In this document: positions 1 to 10,381 of the stretch, one piece after another
Layout: each line of letters begins with the position of its first letter
Position numbering within the stretch: the first letter of the stretch is position 1
Source of the DNA: Candidatus Latescibacterota bacterium
GTDB lineage: Bacteria > Latescibacterota > UBA2968 > GCA-2709665
Reading direction: 5' to 3'
Length of the DNA: 64,000 nt
NCBI GenBank assembly: GCA_965208835.1
Contig: OZ242358.1
Location: forward strand, 5,088,001-5,152,000
The notes under the pieces: model-generated
The model's database searches: none
Seen by the model: the letters and a program-made list of their open reading frames with translations, nothing else
What the model was told of the DNA's origin: nothing
Program-made: the position numbers and the translations under genes

Positions 1-117
1 TGCCGTCGGATCCCTCGCGTCAATGACCAATCGCCATCCTCGCTCTGCGAGCTCTCGTGCGAGCGCGAATCCCAGACCGCGGGATGCGCCTGTGATGAGT
101 GCGGTTCGTATTGACAT
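1..117 (-). CDS. SDR family oxidoreductase, N-terminus (runs off the left edge)
   Basis: Manual translation MSIRTALITGASRGLGFALARELAERGWRLVIDARDPTA shows the TGxxxGxG Rossmann motif. AAGGAGG RBS lies just upstream. Not in the ORF track. Confidence 0.9.
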   Translation of the reverse strand, partial: MSIRTALITGASRGLGFALARELAERGWRLVIDARDPTA

Positions 118-193
118 AATCGACCTCCTTTGTAACTGATGCGCCTTCCGTTTTGGGCCGCTTACTCTTGACGTGGCTGAAATCTAGCCAAAC

Positions 194-226
194 AACAGGC
201 CCTCCGCATCGAACGGAGGGCCTGTT
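194..226. terminator. Intrinsic terminator-like hairpin
   Basis: AACAGGCCCTCCG-7nt-CGGAGGGCCTGTT, perfect 13-bp stem with short T tails on both strands. Confidence 0.55.
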
Positions 227-360
227 TGAGACCTGTACTTTTGGACAGGGAGAACCTGCCTGCAAGATCTGCACTTCTTTCGTCAGTGCTACCGACTGCT
301 ATCTGAATAGAGTATTGATGAGTTGGTGAGGGTTTTTAGCGGAATGACTTTCCCCCCACC

Positions 361-585
361 GCATCAGCCGTCGCCGACCCTTCGACAACCCTTCGGCAGG
401 CTCAGTGCAAGCAGCACAAGCAGGGCAAGTGCTCACGAAGCGCCTCTGGGCGGGTTAGGGGTCTCCTAGCACCGGCTCGATGGTCGTCCATTAAACGGAA
501 TTACGCGTGGTCATTGAGCTTGTCGAAATGCCCGCGATTCAACGGCCCTTCGACCCTTCGCCGACCCTTCGACAAGCTCAGGGTA
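361..585. repeat. Intergenic repeat of the CCCTTCGACAxGCTCAGG family; related copy at 38489-38728, partial copy at about 51810-51850
   Basis: Shared ATCAGCCGTCGCCGACCC start and shared ACGCGTGGTCATTGAGCTTGTCGAAATGCCCGC block. Confidence 0.8.
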
Positions 586-689
586 CTCGGTCAATGTTGT
601 GGAAAAAAGGCAAACTATCGGGTGCTCCCCGTAATTTGACGAGCTGGCAAGGGTGTACGTCGTCATGGTGTCGGGTCGTGTTTTTCACC

Positions 690-3407
690 TCAATAGCCCG
701 ATATCTTCGCGTCCCCGATTGACGTCAGTGACTGGTCGACCGTTTGCGCGAAGGCCGATGTGCGGAGGCGGTAACGTACGGTTCCCGGGATTTCGCGATG
801 CGGGAAGAACAGGTGGCGCATGCCTTCGCCATCGACATCGAATCCGGGGTCGTCATCCAGCAGCACGTGCGTCTCCTCTCCTTCGCGCGAAACCGCCCGC
901 ACCCGGCATCCGCGGGTCGATCCGTCGCCGAAGCTCACGATCGCGGTCGCCCCGTTCAATGACTCGCCGGCCGGTAACTCGCCAGTAACGACCAACCCGT
1001 CGTATGGCGCGCCGGCATCCTTCCTTGTCGTGCCGGTCACTTCCCCCTCAAACGCGCCGCTGCCTCTGAGTACGATCTGTTTCCACTTCAGAGACGTTCC
1101 GCCCCACAGCCCCATCGCTTCGGGCCGTCCGTTCCGCACCCTCACGAATCCGACTTCGCCAAGCAGCGACAGGTCTCCTGCAGATACGGCGTTGTCTCCC
1201 GATCCTCCCCGATACACGATATGGTCTGTAACGCCGTGTTGACTCACCGTGATCCCCACAGCGTCTCCATCCAGCATCTCGAGACGTACGTCGTCCACAA
1301 ATGGCTTTCCTTCGAACGGTTCGTGCACCGCGGCGAACAGACTCGAAAGGGGCGCCGGTCCCTTCCTGCGCAACAGAAGGATGGGCATTCGAAACCTGTC
1401 CAGCAGCGCGTCGTTCTCCTCCGCCCTGCGAAACGATATGGCATCCCCCGCAAACACCTCGGCGCCCGCCTGACCGGGAATATGCGTCCGCACCCCCACG
1501 GGTGAATCGTCGACGCTGAACGTGATCGCCAAATCGTCCGAAGCCGCGCCGCGAGAGACGTTTTGAAAATACCCATACGCGATATTCCGTCCTTCGGCGT
1601 CGCCCCGGTCCGACTCGCCCGTGGGAAACCGTACGTCCACGCCCGGCAGCAGGTGCTCCGCGTAGGGAGCAAGGGGAACGCTGACCGCCGCGTCCCCGTC
1701 CGCATCCGCGCTTCCATGCAGCGCCCAGTCGTGCTGTGAACCACCGGTTACGCGAAACAGGTCAATCGCGTATACATCCGATTCCCCGGCGTTCACCAGC
1801 AGCAGTCCGCGACGGTAGACCTTCGCCAGTCCGGGGTACGCCCGCTCTCCGCCCGCCTCCACCCACTTCACCACATCGAAGCCAGGCTCGAAGGCCAGCA
1901 GCCGCCCGTCTGAGGGCCCCTGTCTGCCGCCCGAATACTGCCGCTGCTCATCGATAACCACCGTATTGTGACACAGCGTACTCGTGCTCCAGACCCGGTG
2001 GCGCGTATGGGTGTACCCAAGGTCCGGCAACAGTTCCAGGCCCTTCGCAAACAGGCCCATGTTGAGATTGTCCGCGTGCTGGTGTCCGTAGCCGCCCGAA
2101 AAGTGGAGGTGAAGCTGCACCTGTTCGTCACCCTGACCACGCCCCAGCCACGCGTGTCCGACCCCCGCCAGCAACGTCGAGACCGATCGTTCGGGCACCT
2201 TCAGATTTCTGAAGTGCGCCCAATTGTCGTGTACCGTCATCTGCCGCCCGTCGGGATACCGGCAGATTTCCAGGATTTGCTCCGCCCGGGCGATCACGGA
2301 GATATCCCGTGCAAGGTCCAGGTTGTCCAGCCGCGTCCCGTCCTCCGGATGGACATATCCCGGCGGATCGCTATAGCCCCGGACTGCCCGGAATACCCGG
2401 TTCATTCCACCCATCGTCATCTGATGATAACCGACGCTGCCCTCCATCCAGAACCCGTCTTCGTAGAACATCCGCCTGAACAGTTCCCGGCTTCGCCTTA
2501 CGCCTTCGTGCACCAGCCCGGGGTCTGACAGGACCCGTCCGATCGCAATGTACCCTTCGTATATACGGGGACCCGCATTGCCGTAAACGACCCCGTGAAA
2601 CTGGTCCTGCCGAATGGCGCCGCGGAAGAAATCGTCCTCGATACGCGCCTTCACGTCCGTCCCCACTTCTTCCGAAAGCCGCTCCAGCTCTCCGCTGCCG
2701 TAGATCGAATCGTACGCGAACACCAGGTTCGTGGGCATCTCGTCGTGGCGCCACCGCCCCCATTTTCCGCCGCCATTGGGATACGGCGGCTCCATTGCGA
2801 ATCCTTTCGGTCTGTGCGGCCAATCGCGGCTTACGAGGAATCCGGGGTAGTACCGGGCGAACGCATCCAGTATGAGGGCCGCACGACGTGCATACGTACG
2901 GTCGCCTGTCATCTGGTACAGCTCGCCGAACCGCTGCGCGGTACTCGAAAAATACGATCGCGCCTCACGCCATCCCCTGGCAGAAAACAGGTACCTGTAT
3001 CCGGTCGCATCCTCCCAATAGGGATACTCAACCTCCACGCCAACGGGATTCACCACTTTCATCACCCGGTCCTCGGGATACCGATCGTTCGGAAAGACCA
3101 TGTCGCAGAATCGACATTTCACCCGGTGCGGATCGGATATCGACCATCGCAACTGCCCCTCCTGCGTACCCTCGTCGCAGTTCGGGCAGCCCATGAAGCG
3201 AAAGCCGGTCCTGTCCGGAACCAGGGCCACCATCTCGGCTTCGGACATTGCCATCACCCTGGAAACCACGCGTTTCAACACTGCCGCGCGTTTCTCCGAC
3301 GCCTCAACGGGATAGACCGGGCGGGTTGGCTCCGCCAGGGCCGATCTCGCCCAGCCCAGCGCGATCAAGCAGATGACCGCCAAAACCAAAAGGCCGATCC
3401 CATCCAT
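690..3407 (-). CDS. Secreted heparinase II/III-like protein with N-terminal CxxC...CxxC
   Basis: Signal peptide from MDGIGLLVLAV; EGSVGYH, GYGHQHADNL, PDLGY and STLCHNTVVID motifs of the Hepar_II_III family. Start trimmed to the ATG with RBS. Confidence 0.8.
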   Translation of the reverse strand: MDGIGLLVLAVICLIALGWARSALAEPTRPVYPVEASEKRAAVLKRVVSRVMAMSEAEMVALVPDRTGFRFMGCPNCDEGTQEGQLRWSISDPHRVKCRFCDMVFPNDRYPEDRVMKVVNPVGVEVEYPYWEDATGYRYLFSARGWREARSYFSSTAQRFGELYQMTGDRTYARRAALILDAFARYYPGFLVSRDWPHRPKGFAMEPPYPNGGGKWGRWRHDEMPTNLVFAYDSIYGSGELERLSEEVGTDVKARIEDDFFRGAIRQDQFHGVVYGNAGPRIYEGYIAIGRVLSDPGLVHEGVRRSRELFRRMFYEDGFWMEGSVGYHQMTMGGMNRVFRAVRGYSDPPGYVHPEDGTRLDNLDLARDISVIARAEQILEICRYPDGRQMTVHDNWAHFRNLKVPERSVSTLLAGVGHAWLGRGQGDEQVQLHLHFSGGYGHQHADNLNMGLFAKGLELLPDLGYTHTRHRVWSTSTLCHNTVVIDEQRQYSGGRQGPSDGRLLAFEPGFDVVKWVEAGGERAYPGLAKVYRRGLLLVNAGESDVYAIDLFRVTGGSQHDWALHGSADADGDAAVSVPLAPYAEHLLPGVDVRFPTGESDRGDAEGRNIAYGYFQNVSRGAASDDLAITFSVDDSPVGVRTHIPGQAGAEVFAGDAISFRRAEENDALLDRFRMPILLLRRKGPAPLSSLFAAVHEPFEGKPFVDDVRLEMLDGDAVGITVSQHGVTDHIVYRGGSGDNAVSAGDLSLLGEVGFVRVRNGRPEAMGLWGGTSLKWKQIVLRGSGAFEGEVTGTTRKDAGAPYDGLVVTGELPAGESLNGATAIVSFGDGSTRGCRVRAVSREGEETHVLLDDDPGFDVDGEGMRHLFFPHREIPGTVRYRLRTSAFAQTVDQSLTSIGDAKISGY

Positions 3408-3512
3408 TCCACACCGTCCTTTCTTCTCTGCGTTCGGTATAGGCCGGCAGTACGGGTAACAGGTGTTCGGGTACATGGGTGACACTCTCTGAAGTGGATG
3501 CCTTCTCCACGA

Positions 3513-4502
3513 CTACGCGTCGTCCGTACGAACCAGCTTCCAGACATCCGGGAACATGTTGTTGCCCGCCACCATCCAGAGCGCGTCGTCGAATACGAAT
3601 ACACTGGCGGCGTGGCGCGGGGCCCACGGCGTATCCGGCAGTTCGGACCAGTTCACCCCGTCCGGGCTGTACCAAACGTCGTTCCGGTTCCAGCTGCCGG
3701 TCGCCTCCTCCATCGAACGATGGGCCGCCTCGTGAAAGCAGCCTTCCATCACCCAGAGTTTATCGTCCCACACCCCAACGTCGTGGTACTGTCGCGGCGC
3801 CCACGGGGCCGCACGGGTATGCAACTCCCAGTTGGCGCCGTCGGCCGTACTCCACACGTCGCCGTACATCTTCCTGCTGTTGATACGCGGCGTATCGTAC
3901 GTGCCGCCGCCCAGAATCCAGATCCGGTCCTGAAAAACCGCGCTGCCGCCGATCATCCCCCGTTCCTCCCACGGCGCGTTTTCGACGACCCGGTTCCAGT
4001 TCCTGCCGTCGGTCGAATTCCACACGTCGTTGTAGAAGACCTCCTCTTCATCTGCGAACTGGGGGATGGTCTGCCCGCCCATCACCCAGATCCTGCCGTT
4101 GTGGACCGCCGTATAGTGCAGGACCCTCGGGCCCCACGGGACCGGATCGCAGACGAGATCCCATCCCATGCCGTCCGAACTGCGCCAGACGTCGTTCTGA
4201 TAGTGCCCCTGGTTGCAGTCTCCACCCACGATCCACATCTGGCCGTCGTGAACGGCGTAACCGGCCGTGTGCCGGCCCTCCCAGGGCGCTTCCTCGTTCA
4301 CTTCGATCCAGGTTTTCCCGTCTGTCGAACACCACACTTCGCTGTTGCAGATGATCGGGAAATTGACCTTGTCGCGCGGATTCCAACCCCCCAGCAGCCA
4401 CATTTTGTCCTGGAAAACCAGCGCGCCCGCGCCGTCGCGGCCCGCAAAGGCGGCATTTTCCGTTACGCAAATCCATTTGTAATCGGGCATCAAAGACTCC
4501 AT
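3513..4502 (-). CDS. Kelch-repeat beta-propeller protein
   Basis: Six repeats with (M/I)WxxGG...NDVWxSxDGxxW. Confidence 0.85.
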   Translation of the reverse strand: MESLMPDYKWICVTENAAFAGRDGAGALVFQDKMWLLGGWNPRDKVNFPIICNSEVWCSTDGKTWIEVNEEAPWEGRHTAGYAVHDGQMWIVGGDCNQGHYQNDVWRSSDGMGWDLVCDPVPWGPRVLHYTAVHNGRIWVMGGQTIPQFADEEEVFYNDVWNSTDGRNWNRVVENAPWEERGMIGGSAVFQDRIWILGGGTYDTPRINSRKMYGDVWSTADGANWELHTRAAPWAPRQYHDVGVWDDKLWVMEGCFHEAAHRSMEEATGSWNRNDVWYSPDGVNWSELPDTPWAPRHAASVFVFDDALWMVAGNNMFPDVWKLVRTDDA

Positions 4503-4546
4503 AGAAAAGGGGAAAGAAGGAGCGTATCAGCAGGAAAACCACGGCT

Positions 4547-4580
4547 CACACAAAGACACGAAGACACAAAGGGCACAAAG
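4547..4580 (+). repeat. Octamer tandem repeat (CACAAAGA-type); also at about 12584-12620 and 12684-12700
   Basis: CACAAAGACACGAAGACACAAAGGGCACAAAG. Confidence 0.7.
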
Positions 4581-4605
4581 GGAAACCCGGATACATAAAC
4601 AAGGC

Positions 4606-4630
4606 GGGCAACCACAAGGGTTGCCCCTAC
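4606..4630 (-). repeat. GTAG-type REP palindrome; copies at 12644-12668, 14748-14772, 15026-15050 and 15105-15129
   Basis: GGGCAACCACAAGGGTTGCCCCTAC; reverse complement starts GTAG and is followed by a hairpin. Confidence 0.85.
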
Positions 4631-4703
4631 AAACTCAACAATGGCGCGGTGAACGCAGAATACCGTCTGTCCAGGGGGACCTCTTCCCCCGGCCCCTCAA
4701 AAA

Positions 4704-4832
4704 CGGGTAGACGGGAGACGGGAGAGGGTAGAGATTGCCTGCCTTGTCGGGATTCTTTTCGTGCCGAAGGCAAAGAGGAATAACATACCGGGCGAGGATT
4801 TCTTCTACCGTCTACCCTCTACCGTCTCCCCG
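4704..4832 (+). repeat. ~130-bp heptamer-flanked MITE-like element, copy 1
   Basis: (GGGTAGA/CGGGAGA)n ... CTGCCTTG ... TGCC-GAA-GGCA ... CGGGCGAGG ... (TCTACCG/TCTACCC)n. Confidence 0.8.
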
Positions 4833-4840
4833 CCTTTCTT

Positions 4841-5896
4841 CTACCAACCCGGCCGTCCCACGTACAGACCCCGGTTCTTCATCGGCAAACGGACCCGCAC
4901 GCCGCCCAGCCGGTGGGACTCGATAAAGCCCATCACCATTTCCTGGCTGCGTCGCGCCAGTTGGACGGGGCCCGATGTCTCCCGTCCCGTGTCCAGCGCC
5001 TCGGCGATATCCCGAAGCCCGTTCACGGTGCCACTCTCGGTCGGCACATCGGGAAACGGCGCCTCTTCCAGTGTATGCCGTACGCCGCAGGCCTTTCGGT
5101 ATTGACAGGTCATTCCGTTGTCGAACGTCCTCAATTTTCCTTCCGAGCCGCAAAGCTCGAACTCCGCACCACTGCCCGCTGTCGTATATCCGTGAACGCC
5201 GTTTGCAAACCGGACATAGCCGGCGGCCACGCCCGGGTCCACGTTCAACCGGTTGTCCTCCCAGTCCGCGTCTTCGCAGACAATGGTTCCCTGAACGAAA
5301 TCGATCTCCGGGTCGCCCGCCAGATACAACATCATATCCGACCCGTGGGTAAGCCCCCACAGCGCGGAGGTCACACCCTGCTGTACGATCACGGCCTGAA
5401 CCGATCCCAGGTCTCCCTCGTCGGCCAGTTCCCGCATTTTCTGATAAACCGGAATATATCGACGTTGAGTGCCGTAATTGAACTTCGTTCCATTCCGTTC
5501 TACCGCCGCCACCATTGCGTCGGCTTCCTCCATCGAGCAGCAAAGCGGCTTTTCGCAGTAGATCCCCCTGACGCCGCGGTCGGCCGCGAAGACGGTCATC
5601 TCCGAATGGGTTGCCGGGCGCGTGGCGATGCACGCGATATCCGGCTTTTCCTTATCGATCATCTCCCGGTAGTCGGTATAACAGACGGGAACGTCGTACC
5701 GTTCCCTGATGGACTCCGCCTTTTCGGCCACCACGTCCGATACCGCCACCAGGTCCGTCCGCTCGCACGCCACCGCGGCGGCCGCGTGCGAGTACGGGAT
5801 CCAGATCTGGCTGTTGGGGTGGTCGCGCACTTCGTCGTCGATCGTGGCCCCCATCCGCCCGCATCCGATCAGCACCGTCCTGTATCGATCCGCCAT
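4841..5896 (-). CDS. Gfo/Idh/MocA family oxidoreductase
   Basis: IGCGRMG Rossmann motif, CEKP motif. Confidence 0.9.
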   Translation of the reverse strand: MADRYRTVLIGCGRMGATIDDEVRDHPNSQIWIPYSHAAAAVACERTDLVAVSDVVAEKAESIRERYDVPVCYTDYREMIDKEKPDIACIATRPATHSEMTVFAADRGVRGIYCEKPLCCSMEEADAMVAAVERNGTKFNYGTQRRYIPVYQKMRELADEGDLGSVQAVIVQQGVTSALWGLTHGSDMMLYLAGDPEIDFVQGTIVCEDADWEDNRLNVDPGVAAGYVRFANGVHGYTTAGSGAEFELCGSEGKLRTFDNGMTCQYRKACGVRHTLEEAPFPDVPTESGTVNGLRDIAEALDTGRETSGPVQLARRSQEMVMGFIESHRLGGVRVRLPMKNRGLYVGRPGW

Positions 5897-6046
5897 TTTC
5901 CTACCCTCGTGTTAACCTTGATTCGTAAATCTTCGTGGACGTTAATTCGAATATGTGCCAGTTAATAAAGGCGATTAGAAGGCGGATTACCAGGATACAC
6001 CGGGTCACTGGACGCGTTCGTGACCTCTCCTCTCATCCCCTCGGAA

Positions 6047-6178
6047 GCGGGTAGACGGGAGACGGTAGACGGGAGAGATATCCTGCCTTGTGGAGTCTCT
6101 TCTTGTGCCGGAGGCAAGTAAGGAATAAAGTATCGGGCAAGGGTTTCATCTACCGTCTTCCCTCTACCCTCTACCCGC
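6047..6178 (+). repeat. ~130-bp heptamer-flanked element, copy 2
   Basis: Same termini and core (TGCC-GGA-GGCA) as copy 1. Confidence 0.8.
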
Positions 6179-6238
6179 ATTCAGGCTTTTTGTGGCCAAT
6201 TTGACTCTTGTCTATTGTCGAATTGAGGCTAACGAGCG

Positions 6239-7807
6239 TTACTCCACCGCATTAGACCGCATCTCCGCTCTCAGGGGCCCGAACATGCCGTGGCCCCATT
6301 GGATATCCGCGTCCTTGACCGTCTTCTCCGCATGTCCGGGTCGGACCGGCGCCGTACCCAGAATCCGGCCGTCCTGCGCGATGCTGATCCGCTCCTCGTC
6401 GATGGTAAACTCCAGCGTCGTCGGCTTTCCCGTCCAGGCAACGGGCGCGGAAACGCTTCCGGGTTTTCTCACGCGGTAGACCTTCCGGTACTGGTTCCAC
6501 ACCTCGTCATCGTGCAGAAACGAATGCCGCATGTCACGCACAGGGCAACCCTTTGCGCTCACGGAGAGGTAAAGCGCATCCCCCATCGGCGCCAGACCGG
6601 TCACGCGCTGTCCCCAGTCGTTGGCCACCAGGTCAGTACCATGTTCCTCGTTGTATGCGACCACCCGGTCTTCGTAGGGATGGTTCATCTTGTCCGTAAT
6701 CGGCGGCTTGCGGAACATTCGTTTCACGAAATGCCACGCGTCTGCGTGCGCATCGTACCGCCACAATTCCGACCAGGGCCATACCCCCACGTAGACGTCC
6801 CCTCCGTATATCGCCGTTGTCTGCGCCTCCCGCACGTTGCCGGACACGCCCGGCATCACGGGAGGATAGTCTTTCAGATGGCGCAGCTCGCTGCGGTCGT
6901 ACCTGAACAGGTTTCCCGTGGGGTACTGTGCGATCAGCAACTCGTCGTACCAGTTCAACATCGAATACAGCTGAAAGCTCACGCCCGCCAGCGATGCCCG
7001 CACGATCTTCCACTTGGACCCGTCAAATACGTATACGCCCCCCATGTTGGAGGAATTCACGATCTCATCCCCGAGTTGGCCGATTGAGAACGGCGTCTCC
7101 TGGGGATACTTGAGATCCAGCGTCACCGCCTTGTCCAGGTCCACCGGTCCCCCACCCGGCGTCCATGGCACGGCATAGAGCGTCGTAAAAGGTGGATCCG
7201 AATCCTGGTCCTTGTGGAAAAACGTAAGGTGGCCCAGGGCGTAGTAGAAATGATGATAGCGTCCTTTCGCGGGCTTCGGCAGGATTATCTCGCCGTCGTA
7301 CCGGGCCTCGCTCTCCTTGAACTGGAAGACCTTCCCGGCAATCCGCATCTTTCCGTCGCCGCCCACGGTTTCGCCTTCGCCGAAACTCTCGTCCACCTGC
7401 CACCCGCCCGCCTCGTCGTCCCACCAGCGCGCGGTCCGGTCCTGGTGATAGCTGCACGAGTACACCCGGCCATCCAGATCGAACAGATAGCTCCCCCCGT
7501 CCTCCGTGGATGGCGGCAGGGTCTCGAATTCCGCCTCCGCCTCGTCGTCGCGCAGGAAAAACTGCAGCGTGAACCGGTCCATTCTGAACGCCGTGTTGTA
7601 GACCCCCACAAAGCCCGCGCCCAGAACCGCACGGCCGTCCCTGTCCCGGGCTTCGAACAGAGAACCCCAGTTCTGCCCCACGTCCTGTCCGAAATTGATC
7701 GTTGCTGTAATTTTCATGAGATGTGTCTCCCCGGCAAGCCCCGGCAGCGGCCAGAGCAGCAACGTGAAAAGGATCCAGTTCACGACACGTCGGTTTGAAA
7801 CGACCAT
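6239..7807 (-). CDS. Secreted hypothetical protein, probable beta-propeller
   Basis: Signal peptide; repeated strands such as YGGDVYVG and GVYVFDGSKW. Confidence 0.7.
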   Translation of the reverse strand: MVVSNRRVVNWILFTLLLWPLPGLAGETHLMKITATINFGQDVGQNWGSLFEARDRDGRAVLGAGFVGVYNTAFRMDRFTLQFFLRDDEAEAEFETLPPSTEDGGSYLFDLDGRVYSCSYHQDRTARWWDDEAGGWQVDESFGEGETVGGDGKMRIAGKVFQFKESEARYDGEIILPKPAKGRYHHFYYALGHLTFFHKDQDSDPPFTTLYAVPWTPGGGPVDLDKAVTLDLKYPQETPFSIGQLGDEIVNSSNMGGVYVFDGSKWKIVRASLAGVSFQLYSMLNWYDELLIAQYPTGNLFRYDRSELRHLKDYPPVMPGVSGNVREAQTTAIYGGDVYVGVWPWSELWRYDAHADAWHFVKRMFRKPPITDKMNHPYEDRVVAYNEEHGTDLVANDWGQRVTGLAPMGDALYLSVSAKGCPVRDMRHSFLHDDEVWNQYRKVYRVRKPGSVSAPVAWTGKPTTLEFTIDEERISIAQDGRILGTAPVRPGHAEKTVKDADIQWGHGMFGPLRAEMRSNAVE

Positions 7808-7809
7808 GG

Positions 7810-8772
7810 CTAAAACGCCAGGACGACCTTGACCGCGCCTTCCCTTTCGGGATGCTCGAATGCCAGATCGAACGCGTCCTGGATCTTTTCAAAGGGCAAC
7901 AGGTGCGTCAGCATGGGACGCACATCCAGCCGGCCCTGGGTGATCCAATCCAGCGCCGCCGTATAATCCAGGTCCGGATTCGGGCCCACGGACGTGACGA
8001 TCTGCAGTTCCTTCCTGAACATCTCCATAAACGCCAGGGTCATCCGTCCCTCGGCGTTCTCCTTGTTCGGCACGCCGAAATAGACCAGCGTACCGTTCTG
8101 ACGCCACAGGTCGCCGCAAAGGTTGAACGTCGATTCCCTGCCCACGGCCTCCACCGCCAGGTCCACCATCTCCCCGCCGGTGATTTCCGAAATCGCTTCC
8201 GAGAGATCGCAGGTCTCCGGATTGATGGTATGGGTGGCGCCCATATCCGGCGACACAGACAGCCGGTGGGGCAGCGGGTCCACGCCGATGATGTACCTTG
8301 CGCCCAGGTTGCGCAGTGTGGCGTTGAACAGTTGTCCCACCGCACCCTGGCCCATCACCAGCGCGTTCCTGTTGATCACGTTTCCGAGTTTATAGAAACA
8401 GTGAATAACCGTCCCCAGCAACTGGCTCATCAGAGCGACCTCCGGCTCGAGGTCCATCGGCAGTTTGACGCACCCCGCCGGATCGGCCAGCACGTATTCC
8501 TGAAACAGGCCCCGGTCGAAGCCCCAGAGCAGCACCCTGTCGCCGGCACGATAGGCGTCGGAGGCACAGGCCTCTACGATACCGAGACCTTCATGCCCGG
8601 TCTGCCCAAGTCCCATCGGATACGACGCGCCGATGCCATAGAACGCCGGTTTGTCCGTACCGCAAATTCCCGCCCGCTCCAGACGCACCAGCATCATATC
8701 CCTTGTTGGCTCGGGTCTCTCCACTTCGGCGATTTCCCAACGCTTCGGCGCGACCAATCTAGCCGCCTTCAT
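7810..8772 (-). CDS. Zinc-binding (MDR) alcohol dehydrogenase
   Basis: GICGTD, GHEGLG, GQGAVG; no structural-zinc cysteine cluster. Confidence 0.9.
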   Translation of the reverse strand: MKAARLVAPKRWEIAEVERPEPTRDMMLVRLERAGICGTDKPAFYGIGASYPMGLGQTGHEGLGIVEACASDAYRAGDRVLLWGFDRGLFQEYVLADPAGCVKLPMDLEPEVALMSQLLGTVIHCFYKLGNVINRNALVMGQGAVGQLFNATLRNLGARYIIGVDPLPHRLSVSPDMGATHTINPETCDLSEAISEITGGEMVDLAVEAVGRESTFNLCGDLWRQNGTLVYFGVPNKENAEGRMTLAFMEMFRKELQIVTSVGPNPDLDYTAALDWITQGRLDVRPMLTHLLPFEKIQDAFDLAFEHPEREGAVKVVLAF

Positions 8773-8791
8773 CTATCCCGACCTTTCTCTC

Positions 8792-10054
8792 TTACAAACA
8801 GTCCCAAACCGGCCAATCCTGGCTCTGAAGCCGTTTCCACAATCCGTCGAACTGCTCGCTGCCGTCGTCCTCCCACTCATCCAGCCGAACGCCGGGCGCA
8901 AAGGACTCGTCCACACCCTGCTTCATCAGCCGCTCGGCCTGTTGCAGATTCCGATAATAATGCCTTAGCCCGCCCGGTAACGTCACGACTGACAGATGCC
9001 GGGGCCATTCCACCGCTTGCGTCTCGCTGTACTTCGCGACGGCATCGTCGTCCAACGCCACACCCAGGCCAGGCGCCTCCGGGACCTTCATAAAACCGCG
9101 CTGGATTGGATGCGCGTCCACGATCAGGTCGTCTTCGTAGGAATGGCTGGCCGTTACCCCCGGCAGCGTCGCCGTTGGCATCACCGCACCCAGGTGCAGC
9201 GCGAACGCCGTCGTGATTCCCGTTCCCACGTATTGCAGCAGGATCGGCGTATTCGCCGCGGCGAACGTCCACCCCGCCGCCAGCGCGTCGCGCACGCACT
9301 CGTGGCTGCACAGCGCACCTTCGAAGTCGCCGGCCCGAAGCCCGGTCCACGGACCGGACGGCTGCCGGGAGGCCGCCTCGGAAAGCACACGCACGCCGTG
9401 CAGATAGAATGGAATGCGGATCTCGCCGTGCAGCCGGCGCCATCCTTCGATATCGTAGGCAAAGATCGGCTCCTCGACGCCCTTCACCACCGGGATCTTC
9501 TCCAGCGCCCGAAGCACAGGCAGCGCTTTTTCCACGCAGATCAGCGCCCCGTTGAAGTCGAATTCCACGCGAAAATCCGGAGGCGCCACGTCCTGAATAA
9601 CCTGAGCGCATTCCACGACGTCATAAAACGCGCGCGCCTTGCACTTCAGCCCGCGGTACCCGCGTTCCGCCGCCACCCGGACTTCGGCTGCCGTATCCTC
9701 CGGCGACATGCTCGGCATCCACCAGCCCATCGCCACCCATTGACGCGCCTGCTGACCCATCACCTTCCACGCGGGCAGGCCCAGGTGCTTCCCCATGAGA
9801 TCGTAGCACGCCATATCCAGATTGAACCTGCCCCGGCCCATCACGTGGTCGAACGGGTCCGTGCCTATATAGGCATCCAGTGCCTGCTGTTCGAGCGGCG
9901 GTCCGGGGTTTTCGCCCAGTCCCTCGAGCCCGGTATCCGTATGAAATCTGTAAACCGTCACTTCCTCCGGCATCGCGAAGTGATGGTACGCCTTTCGGAT
10001 TCGCGCTTCATACGGTACCCGCAGGGGAATGACTTCGATTTCGGTGATTTTCAT
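8792..10054 (-). CDS. Mandelate racemase/muconate lactonizing enzyme (enolase superfamily)
   Basis: MKITEIEVIP start, DLMGKHLGLP, KxK (LKCKAR), DFN, EEP, PEAPGLGV. Confidence 0.85.
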   Translation of the reverse strand: MKITEIEVIPLRVPYEARIRKAYHHFAMPEEVTVYRFHTDTGLEGLGENPGPPLEQQALDAYIGTDPFDHVMGRGRFNLDMACYDLMGKHLGLPAWKVMGQQARQWVAMGWWMPSMSPEDTAAEVRVAAERGYRGLKCKARAFYDVVECAQVIQDVAPPDFRVEFDFNGALICVEKALPVLRALEKIPVVKGVEEPIFAYDIEGWRRLHGEIRIPFYLHGVRVLSEAASRQPSGPWTGLRAGDFEGALCSHECVRDALAAGWTFAAANTPILLQYVGTGITTAFALHLGAVMPTATLPGVTASHSYEDDLIVDAHPIQRGFMKVPEAPGLGVALDDDAVAKYSETQAVEWPRHLSVVTLPGGLRHYYRNLQQAERLMKQGVDESFAPGVRLDEWEDDGSEQFDGLWKRLQSQDWPVWDCL

Positions 10055-10198
10055 GGGTATCGTCCTTGCCAGAGAGACCCGGAGGAAAAACGCCGTTCCC
10101 GCCAGCGTGCTGCGACGCTTGAATTGAGCCGTATGCGATGGTATATATAATGCGGGTAGAGGTAAGACGGGAGAGGACCACACCACCTCCCACAACCT

Positions 10199-10328
10199 GG
10201 TGAGACGGGAGCCGGGAGACGGGAGAGATTACCTGCCTTGTGACGATTCTTCTCGTGCCGGAGGCAGAAAGGAAAAACACACCGGGCAAGGATATCATCT
10301 ACCGTCTACCCTCTTACCTCTACCCGCC
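10199..10328 (+). repeat. ~130-bp heptamer-flanked element, copy 3 (extra heptamers at 10152-10175 and 10330-10356)
   Basis: Core CTGCCTTG...TGCC-GGA-GGCA...CGGGCAAGG. Confidence 0.8.
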
Positions 10329-10381
10329 TTTTTTCTTCCTTCTACCTTCTTCCTTCATATTGCCTCTCGAAAGGTGTTCCC

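Noticed and set aside
232-249. Palindrome CCTGTACTTTTGGACAGG as a regulator box for the SDR gene
   Set aside because: Single imperfect copy and no cognate regulator visible; too weak to call
7795-9093. Long plus-strand ORFs (also 2595-3482, 3498-4598, 4913-5965, 8996-10150, 20863-21804)
   Set aside because: Antisense shadows of well-supported minus-strand genes in GC-rich DNA, with no recognisable motifs
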